Shown one piece after another: positions 27,165 through 33,355 of a stretch of DNA of 61,243 nucleotides. Made by a program: the position numbers and the translations under genes. The notes beneath the pieces are model-generated. The model had not been told where the DNA came from. It saw only the letters and a list, made by a program, of their open reading frames with translations, and did not search any database. This DNA comes from a virus (taxonomy: Duplodnaviria > Caudoviricetes). Where the stretch lies: the IMG/VR virus record IMGVR_UViG_3300036850_000032, positions 1 to 61,243 of that record; one strand, 5' to 3'. Position 1 is the stretch's first letter; each line of letters starts with the position of its first letter.

Positions 27165-27610
27165 TGGCTGGCCGCGGTTGGAAGCGGGTCGACGTAGAAA
27201 CCGCCAACTACGGTGGCCTTTATGCCATCTGTGAGGGGAGACGCGTAGTTTACATTGGGCAATCGTCGATGCTTTCACGGCGGCTGGCCGCGCACGCCTA
27301 CTTTCGAGCTACGAGTCGCGATGTCCGATGGGTGAAAGCGTGCGTGGTCGAGGACCGTGGAGAGCGAGAGGTGGCCGAGGAACGTCTCATCAGGAGACTG
27401 TGCCCACCACTAAACCTCGCCCTTAACGCGCGTCGGCGGCAACAACATGACGATCCAGAAACGAGCCGATTCGCTGCTGAAGTGACGAAGCAACAAGCCC
27501 TCCGGATCGACCCGGCCCTATGGCGTCGTGCTCGCATGAAGGCGATCATGGACGGGCACTCCATGAACACCGTGGTGCAGGAGTTGCTGATGATGTGGTT
27601 GGACGAGTGA
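27164..27610 (+). CDS. GIY-YIG nuclease fused to C-terminal RHH domain
   Basis: GLYAI...VVYIGQS..L.RRL..H...E..LI..L.P.LN; LRIDPALWRRA...A..DG.SMN.VV.ELL..W. Confidence 0.7.
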   Translation: MAGRGWKRVDVETANYGGLYAICEGRRVVYIGQSSMLSRRLAAHAYFRATSRDVRWVKACVVEDRGEREVAEERLIRRLCPPLNLALNARRRQQHDDPETSRFAAEVTKQQALRIDPALWRRARMKAIMDGHSMNTVVQELLMMWLDE

Positions 27611-27638
27611 CTGTGAACTGTCGGCGGTTTCGGGAGGC

Positions 27639-27902
27639 GTGATGGGCATGATCCTCGCTGGCGGTCCTGATTCGCGCTGCACCTATGGGCTCCACGTCTA
27701 CGTGCCGCATGACGTGACATGCGAGTGTGGGGCGGAGCCTACGCCAATGGGCCGTCGTCAAGGGCTGGTGAGCCATCCAGAGCGGGGTCCGATGTTGGAA
27801 GAGGCCGCCGTGTCCGAGCGCGCGATGCTCAACTACGATCTGGAGTATCGACGGGCGATGGCACGATACGACGCCTTTGTCGCCTCCACAAAGGACGAGT
27901 AA
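27639..27902 (+). CDS. hypothetical protein
   Basis: GGAGG RBS; CECG. Confidence 0.5.
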   Translation: MMGMILAGGPDSRCTYGLHVYVPHDVTCECGAEPTPMGRRQGLVSHPERGPMLEEAAVSERAMLNYDLEYRRAMARYDAFVASTKDE

Positions 27903-27907
27903 TCCTC

Positions 27908-28315
27908 ATGGCGGAGACCTTCGATCAACAACTCGCCCGGTTGCGTTCGCTCGCTGCCATCGAACTGGATGACGATCCGATGGACCCTATCGGCGTGGCG
28001 GATCAAGCTGCCCTCGCGGAACTGCTCCGCCGCTGGGATGCGATCCATGCGCCCAAAGTACCGCGTCCGTGGACGGCTGACGAGATGCGCGTGGCTGAGT
28101 GCGATGCGCGCCGGATCCTCTCGCAGTACCCGCCGACGATAGATGGTGCGTCTCAGGCAACGAGTTCAGCTGAGTGGCGCCAGCATCCCGTGTTGCAAGG
28201 CAAGGCAGCCATCATGAATACGATGAACGAGAAGGCCGTCGAGTTCTGCGCGCTGGTCGATCTGGTGACGGCCCCAGCTTCATTCCCGGCGTATATTGCG
28301 ATCGATCCGCGTTGA
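27908..28315 (+). CDS. protein sharing a domain with ejection protein 50152-51288
   Basis: ARRILSQYPPTIDGASQATSSAEW vs AGRILSRYPATSQGVRQAMQDPEW, 13/24 identical. Confidence 0.65.
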   Translation: MAETFDQQLARLRSLAAIELDDDPMDPIGVADQAALAELLRRWDAIHAPKVPRPWTADEMRVAECDARRILSQYPPTIDGASQATSSAEWRQHPVLQGKAAIMNTMNEKAVEFCALVDLVTAPASFPAYIAIDPR

Positions 28316-28340
28316 CACCGGCACCAGTACACCCTAGCAT
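28312..28340 (+). promoter_or_regulatory. sigma70-like promoter
   Basis: TTGACA-N17-TAGCAT. Confidence 0.6.
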
Positions 28341-28357
28341 GAGGGAGATTCCAGACC

Positions 28358-28609
28358 ATGAAAGTCTTGCGCTTGTTGATCGTCTTGCGCTGGTGGTTGC
28401 CACTGGTATTCATGCTCGGTGTCCTGTGTAGTCTTGGCGCGTGTCACACCAATTACGATCCTGATCAGCATCCTGACGGGGTGTACGCACATAACATCGT
28501 CATTCGTGACGTGCAGGGCGAGTGTTGGCGTGTACTTGTTCTGTCGAGCAAACATACCTATCTGGAACATCTCAAGCCCGAAGCGTGCGAACGGCGGACC
28601 GAGCGATGA
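28358..28609 (+). CDS. putative lipoprotein
   Basis: Basic N-terminus, hydrophobic core, SLGA|C lipobox; GGGAG RBS. Confidence 0.6.
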   Translation: MKVLRLLIVLRWWLPLVFMLGVLCSLGACHTNYDPDQHPDGVYAHNIVIRDVQGECWRVLVLSSKHTYLEHLKPEACERRTER

Positions 28610-28649
28610 ACAGGCGATCGTTTCTGCCAGCAGCATAAGGGAGCATCCC

Positions 28650-28919
28650 GTGAACAAAACGTGGAGCGATGTGGAAGAGGCAGCGATGGGGCGCCCCTGG
28701 ACTGACGCCCCGTTTTTGACGCTCGCCTCGCCTTATCGTGCGCTGTTTCATCAGGCGGTAACGATGGTCGAACTCGGCCAGATGACACGCGAAGAGGCGC
28801 TGATTGCCCTCTCGCTCGCGCTGCTGGATGGTAACGAGCGCCAGCACGCGGAACTAGTTGACGCCTACAACCGCCGTCCGCCCGCGCCGATCATTCTACA
28901 GGGGATCTCCCATGAATAG
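28650..28919 (+). CDS. hypothetical protein
   Basis: AAGGGAG RBS, GTG start. Confidence 0.5.
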   Translation: MNKTWSDVEEAAMGRPWTDAPFLTLASPYRALFHQAVTMVELGQMTREEALIALSLALLDGNERQHAELVDAYNRRPPAPIILQGISHE

Positions 28920-29232
28920 GCGATCATTTCTCCTGTCGGTGGCGGCGGTACCCCTCGCGACCGTGAGCGTGCGGCAGTCGGTGCGTCCGCGCTCAGCCTC
29001 GCGGCGCATCATTGACGGCGTCACGGCCGACGAGCGGAAGGCGCACGCGATGCGGGTGCTCGTCCATTACCCGGCGACGTTAGCGGGTCTCCGTGCAGCG
29101 TTTCACTCAAAGGAATGGGGCTCTGATCCTTGGCTGCGCGATGCGTGGCTGGATGGACGGCGCGGTATTCTGACGTGGCCAGACGGCTTCGCGGCCGATC
29201 TGCTGATGCCGTGGGGTCAGGACGCGCAGTGA
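28912..29232 (+). CDS. Tat-signal protein, paralogue of an ejection-protein domain
   Basis: MNRRSFLLSVAAVPLA twin-arginine motif; 18/41 identities to 50686-50808. Confidence 0.7.
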   Translation: MNRRSFLLSVAAVPLATVSVRQSVRPRSASRRIIDGVTADERKAHAMRVLVHYPATLAGLRAAFHSKEWGSDPWLRDAWLDGRRGILTWPDGFAADLLMPWGQDAQ

Positions 29233-29552
29233 CTCCTGAAGTCCGCGCTGCGCTCGGTGTCACGGCGCTTGCCATCCTCGCCCGCTATGCCCCTCCCCCA
29301 CTAGATGTGCAGGAGTTCCGCCGCCGTGCCGCCTTGGAAGGCGATCAGCGAGTCGCCGCCAAGCGGAACTACGAACTGAATCAGAGCGTGCTACAGGCCA
29401 TGAACGATCCGGAGTGGAAGCGGCATCCGGTCCTGCAGCGGGCGTTTTTCGATGCGGCGAACGCGCGGATCCAGGTGGATGACTGGTCGTTGGAGGTGAT
29501 TGCGTGGGCGGATCGGCTGGCGGCCATCGGACAGGAGCCAGTGAAGTCGTGA
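29229..29552 (+). CDS. third member of the ejection-domain paralogue family
   Basis: ILARY...VLQAMNDPEWKRHPVLQRAFF vs ILSRY...VRQAMQDPEWLADADLSRATF. Confidence 0.6.
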   Translation: MTPEVRAALGVTALAILARYAPPPLDVQEFRRRAALEGDQRVAAKRNYELNQSVLQAMNDPEWKRHPVLQRAFFDAANARIQVDDWSLEVIAWADRLAAIGQEPVKS

Positions 29553-29803
29553 GTGCTCCCAAGTCCAGTGGTCGCACGGTTGACGATTACGAGTGGCTGC
29601 ACCTTGCGGCCCTCATGATGCGCGACGGACGCACGCAGGCAAACCTGAATGAACTGGAGGCGCGTCGTTACAGGCAGTGCAGAATAGCCGAAGACGCCGA
29701 CGTGCAACGAATCCTCCATGTCCCGGACGCGCGATGCCCTTTGCAAGAGCCGCACTTCCCGCACGAATGCGGACGGCGTTTTGATCTGGGTGGGTTCAAG
29801 TGA
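29549..29803 (+). CDS. hypothetical protein
   Basis: GTGA overlap; C...H..H.C. Confidence 0.45.
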   Translation: MSAPKSSGRTVDDYEWLHLAALMMRDGRTQANLNELEARRYRQCRIAEDADVQRILHVPDARCPLQEPHFPHECGRRFDLGGFK

Positions 29804-30024
29804 GCGTCTGTCCACGGTGCGGGGCCGATCGACCCGCGAAGTGTCCGGCCTTTTTCCAAGTTCACAGAGACAACGGCACGGGAACTGAGTACGTGTGCAG
29901 TTTGCCGGAAGATCATTCATGGCCGCATCGGGCACTGCACGCGAAGACAGGCGCGGTCGTGGCATCATGGGGATTTACGCCAGGCAACGCAGTGAATGGG
30001 ACGGTGGCCGCGATTCATGGCTAA
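29800..30024 (+). CDS. small Cys/His protein
   Basis: CPRC...C...H..PH. Confidence 0.5.
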   Translation: MSVCPRCGADRPAKCPAFFQVHRDNGTGTEYVCSLPEDHSWPHRALHAKTGAVVASWGFTPGNAVNGTVAAIHG

Positions 30025-30508
30025 CCTCTCCATCCCCCCTGACTTCCAGACGTTTGCCCAGCAGCTGGCGGCGCGTTCTTCGGACGGGATCGAGCAGTTC
30101 CGTCAGCATATCCTGTCCGATGATCTGCTGCTCTGTGAAGTCGTCGCCGGCGGGAAGTTTACCTGGATGCGTGAGTTTTTCAACTACACGCGGGCCAACG
30201 GGTTCGTTGCCCCGACCGACGTGGGCGAGCAGTTGTACGTCCACTTCTGCGAGCAGGTCCGGCGCCGCTTCAATGCCGGCGAGACGGATCCCAAGAAGGT
30301 GGCTGGGATGGTGCTGGACAAGGCCGAGGTGAAGACACCTCTGACGGAACTGGAGAAGGATCGGAGCTGGAAGATCGAGACGGAAGCCTCAGAGGACGGG
30401 TTCCGCTCGCGGTATGGTCCAGCGGGCGATCCCAATGCGGAACTGGACAAGGTAATGGACCGGGGGCGAACGGTGGCGCCGATCGTGGTGAAGACAGACA
30501 AGGAGTAG
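30017..30508 (+). CDS. hypothetical protein
   Basis: 163-aa ORF with phage-like composition. Confidence 0.6.
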   Translation: MANLSIPPDFQTFAQQLAARSSDGIEQFRQHILSDDLLLCEVVAGGKFTWMREFFNYTRANGFVAPTDVGEQLYVHFCEQVRRRFNAGETDPKKVAGMVLDKAEVKTPLTELEKDRSWKIETEASEDGFRSRYGPAGDPNAELDKVMDRGRTVAPIVVKTDKE

Positions 30509-30512
30509 CGCC

Positions 30513-30782
30513 GTGGCAGTGGATGAGATCATCGAGATTGACGAAGACGGCAAGGTTCACGGCAACGACCTTGAGCACGAGGTAGCCAGCGTTTTGAATC
30601 GGTTCAGCGCGGAGAACCCATCGAACACGCCGGATTGGATTCTCGCGCAGTTTCTGCTCGGCTGTCTGGCGGCGTGGAATCAGGGCATCCAGCAACGTGA
30701 GACGTGGTACGGTCGGGACGCGAGGCCAAGGGGCGGCAGTGGCCTGGCGCCGATGGACCTCGCATCGAAGACACAGGAGTAA
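30513..30782 (+). CDS. conserved phage hypothetical protein
   Basis: LNR.S.EN.SNTPD.ILA.FL..CL pattern; AAGGAG RBS. Confidence 0.7.
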   Translation: MAVDEIIEIDEDGKVHGNDLEHEVASVLNRFSAENPSNTPDWILAQFLLGCLAAWNQGIQQRETWYGRDARPRGGSGLAPMDLASKTQE

Positions 30783-30787
30783 CCCCG

Positions 30788-30973
30788 ATGGACATGCGCA
30801 CAGGTGAGACGTACCCCTCGTTGAAGGAGGCACTGGAGGCCGGAGTGCCGGAGTCAGACATCGCGCTCGTGGAGCAGGAACCCGGCAAACCGCCGCGCGT
30901 GACGTTCCCGAAGCATCAGCCGTTCAAGTCCTTCAAGAACCGCGTCGTGACAGGAGAGCAGCATGGCGATTGA
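30788..30973 (+). CDS. hypothetical protein
   Basis: AGGAG RBS; MDMRTGETY. Confidence 0.6.
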   Translation: MDMRTGETYPSLKEALEAGVPESDIALVEQEPGKPPRVTFPKHQPFKSFKNRVVTGEQHGD

Positions 30974-31211
30974 CATGGGCGGCATCAAACGCGCCCCGAT
31001 GGATCTTCCCCCTCATCCGCGAGCGGACAAGGTGACGATCACCCCGGCACAGGGCGGCGGGTTTGCGGTGGAGTGCCAGCGGGACGGCGGCGTGGAAACG
31101 TCGGTGCTACCGGACTTCAACGCCACGCTGGACTACGTTGCTTCGGAGCTTGGGGGAGGGGAACAGGCCCAGCCCGAGATGTCGATGGGGCCACCTGAGG
31201 AGATGGCCTAG
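30963..31211 (+). CDS. small acidic hypothetical protein
   Basis: AGGAG RBS. Confidence 0.6.
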   Translation: MAIDMGGIKRAPMDLPPHPRADKVTITPAQGGGFAVECQRDGGVETSVLPDFNATLDYVASELGGGEQAQPEMSMGPPEEMA

Positions 31212-31214
31212 CTT

Positions 31215-31490
31215 GTGGCGAAACACAACTTGGCGCTTGGGGCGCCAAACTGTCACAACATCGTGCCGGGTGACGATGTGGCACCATTCGACTCGCGTCC
31301 AACCTGCCGGCTGACTATTGAGTGCTCGGATGGTACCGTCGCGTGGGCCGACATGACGATCCCCGAGGAACTCCGGGACTTGGATGGCGACATGTACCGA
31401 GAGCGGTATCTGGTGCCTGCCGCAGGTGCTGCGTGGTCAATGATGCGGAAGCACTTGCGGGACCACTATCGATTCAAGCTCCAGAATTGA
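31215..31490 (+). CDS. hypothetical protein with coat spine-helix-like segment
   Basis: EELRDLDGDMYRERYLVPA vs coat EETTQVDDYRSRYIQPG. Confidence 0.5.
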   Translation: MAKHNLALGAPNCHNIVPGDDVAPFDSRPTCRLTIECSDGTVAWADMTIPEELRDLDGDMYRERYLVPAAGAAWSMMRKHLRDHYRFKLQN

Positions 31491-31516
31491 CAGGCACAAG
31501 TACACGCGCGTAGGAT
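31487..31516 (+). promoter_or_regulatory. sigma70-like promoter
   Basis: TTGACA-N18-TAGGAT; spacer shares GGCACnAGTACAC with the promoter at 28312. Confidence 0.55.
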
Positions 31517-31790
31517 GAGAGCCGAGCCCTTGAACGAACCGACACGTACAGCCGTCCCGTGCGATTGCGGATCATGGCCGCACCGTTTTGGTTGCGCGTT
31601 CCTCAAGTGGTGCGTGGCTGAGCGCAAGGCCGGGTTCTGTTCTCGGTGCCACAAGGCGCTCATCAGCGAGCGCGACGGACACATCGTCTACTGCCCCACC
31701 GGATGCTCTCACGAGATGAGCGGCGAGGCCGCCCTTGACTTCATGGACGCGACCGGATCCGGTTGGATCCGAAAGCTGGTCACTCCGTGA
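31515..31790 (+). CDS. Cys-rich Zn-binding protein
   Basis: CDC..H..C, CSRC, C..GC. Confidence 0.5.
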   Translation: MRAEPLNEPTRTAVPCDCGSWPHRFGCAFLKWCVAERKAGFCSRCHKALISERDGHIVYCPTGCSHEMSGEAALDFMDATGSGWIRKLVTP

Positions 31791-31999
31791 CGCCTCCTGA
31801 CGCCTTCACCCGCTGGGCGCAGTCGAACGCCATCCCGCAGGAATATTGGCATCTCTGCCGGCAAGCGTGGGAGGCTGGCGTTCGCCATCGGCATCTCAAC
31901 GCGCCTTTCACCATTGCCGATGCGACGGGCTGGTCAGAGACCGATGCGATCGCCACCACGGGATGCAAGGCGACCGTCTCCAGTCGATTGGACACATGA
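31787..31999 (+). CDS. hypothetical protein
   Basis: GTGA overlap. Confidence 0.45.
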   Translation: MTPPDAFTRWAQSNAIPQEYWHLCRQAWEAGVRHRHLNAPFTIADATGWSETDAIATTGCKATVSSRLDT

Positions 32000-32271
32000 C
32001 TGTGGGCTACGCCGCTCGCACCAACCTGCGCAGTCCTGACGGCAAAGACACCGCCGCCGCGTACGCCGCTCAGTTACAGTCCACCGTCCGCCAGCTCAAG
32101 ACACCCCGGCAGTATCAGCGCTTTCTGGATACCTTCCCCGCTGAGACACGAGACGATGTCCGGCAACTCACCAAAGCCTATTGCGAGTGGGATCTCGACG
32201 CCATCAGGGCAGAGGACGCATTGATCGCACGGGCGGCGACGGTGGCGGCGCGGACAGCAGGTGGCACATGA
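31996..32271 (+). CDS. hypothetical protein
   Basis: ATGA overlap. Confidence 0.55.
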   Translation: MTVGYAARTNLRSPDGKDTAAAYAAQLQSTVRQLKTPRQYQRFLDTFPAETRDDVRQLTKAYCEWDLDAIRAEDALIARAATVAARTAGGT

Positions 32272-32462
32272 CGATCGAAGTAGCACTCGCGAGCGGTTCA
32301 GTTGAAGCCTTCACGGCCGACGCGCCCATTCGCGTGGATGTGGATGAAGGCCGCGCGCTCATCATCAGCTACTCGCACGGGGAAGTCATTGCCGTGTTCG
32401 CGCCGGGCGTGTGGAGTTCGGCCAAGAAGCAACCGGATCGCGTGAGGACGCTGGACGAATGA
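32268..32462 (+). CDS. small beta-rich hypothetical protein
   Basis: ATGA overlap; VIAVFAPGVW. Confidence 0.55.
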   Translation: MTIEVALASGSVEAFTADAPIRVDVDEGRALIISYSHGEVIAVFAPGVWSSAKKQPDRVRTLDE

Positions 32463-32614
32463 CACTCCCCGCGAAGCCACCGAAGCGCAACCCAAACGAT
32501 ACCACCTTCCGCAACCTGAATGCCTTGAAGGTGCGGGTGGCGAAGTTGGAAAAGCTCGTGGCGTATCTGGCGAGTTGTCACGAGCCGAAGAAGGTCGGCG
32601 CGAAGCAGACGTAA
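32459..32614 (+). CDS. small basic coiled-coil protein
   Basis: ATGA overlap; RNPNDTTFRNLNALKVRVAKLE. Confidence 0.55.
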   Translation: MTLPAKPPKRNPNDTTFRNLNALKVRVAKLEKLVAYLASCHEPKKVGAKQT

Positions 32615-32625
32615 CAGAGTTTCGA

Positions 32626-32765
32626 TCCTCTCAGTGACGCGGACTAATTACCCGCGCTAAAGGCACTCCCGAGCCGCACTGAGGAGGAACAACGGGACAC
32701 GACAGCACGGGGCTGTGTGACGACTCTGCGATGACAGAGGCGCTTACACAGCCCCTTTTGTTTTG
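32626..32765 (+). ncRNA. structured intergenic RNA/leader ending in a terminator-like hairpin
   Basis: Multi-stem TCCTCTCAGTG...CACTGAGGAGGA enclosing CGCGG-ACTAATTAC-CCGCG; long stem GGGGCTGTGT...ACACAGCCCC followed by TTTTGTTTT. Confidence 0.5.
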
Positions 32766-32787
32766 TCCCGACTTTTTGGAGGCCGAC

Positions 32788-33354
32788 ATGATCAAGAGAC
32801 GGTCGTTTCTGACGGCGCTGACGGGTCTGTTCGTGGTGCCCGCTGTTCTCAAAGGCAGCACGCCACGCGTGGATCCATCAGTCGTCGTGGATCGAGTGCC
32901 GGTGACGCCCCTGCCACCCGCAGGATGGCCGCAGCGTGCGGTCAGATGGTTCACGGACGAACTCGGCCGACAACTTGCCGATATGCGCCCACAGTTGGAC
33001 CCCGCGCTGGATCGCACCCTGCCGTACACGCCAAGTGAAGCGGTGCAGATCAATATCGCTGCTCGCGATGGCGCTCGAACAGGCCCCGCCTTGGGGCCGT
33101 CTGCGATGGGCAACCAGCGACTGACGCCGTGGTCCACCGAAGACGACATTCGTTACGCCGCGCGCCATGTCGCGGAGGCGTGTCGGCGCGAGGGATTGAC
33201 GCGGTTCGGCCATCTTCCGCTTCCCTCCGGCATGTATGCGGTGGAGCGGTGTTCCTCACAATCGCTCGGCGTGTCGGTCAGGCTGTGCGTGAACTACGAC
33301 ATTTCCGCTGACATGCAGGCCCTGCGTTTCGACGTGTTAGGAGCACGCGGGTAA
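32788..33354 (+). CDS. Tat-signal truncated paralogue of the major capsid protein
   Basis: GGAGG RBS; MIKRRSFLTALTGLFVVPA; C-terminal 42 aa 22/42 identical to the coat C-terminus. Confidence 0.75.
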   Translation: MIKRRSFLTALTGLFVVPAVLKGSTPRVDPSVVVDRVPVTPLPPAGWPQRAVRWFTDELGRQLADMRPQLDPALDRTLPYTPSEAVQINIAARDGARTGPALGPSAMGNQRLTPWSTEDDIRYAARHVAEACRREGLTRFGHLPLPSGMYAVERCSSQSLGVSVRLCVNYDISADMQALRFDVLGARG

Positions 33355-33355
33355 G

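Noticed and set aside
30390-30430. DGFRSRYGPAG similarity to coat DDYRSRYIQPG
   Set aside because: Too short, with no flanking similarity; probably chance
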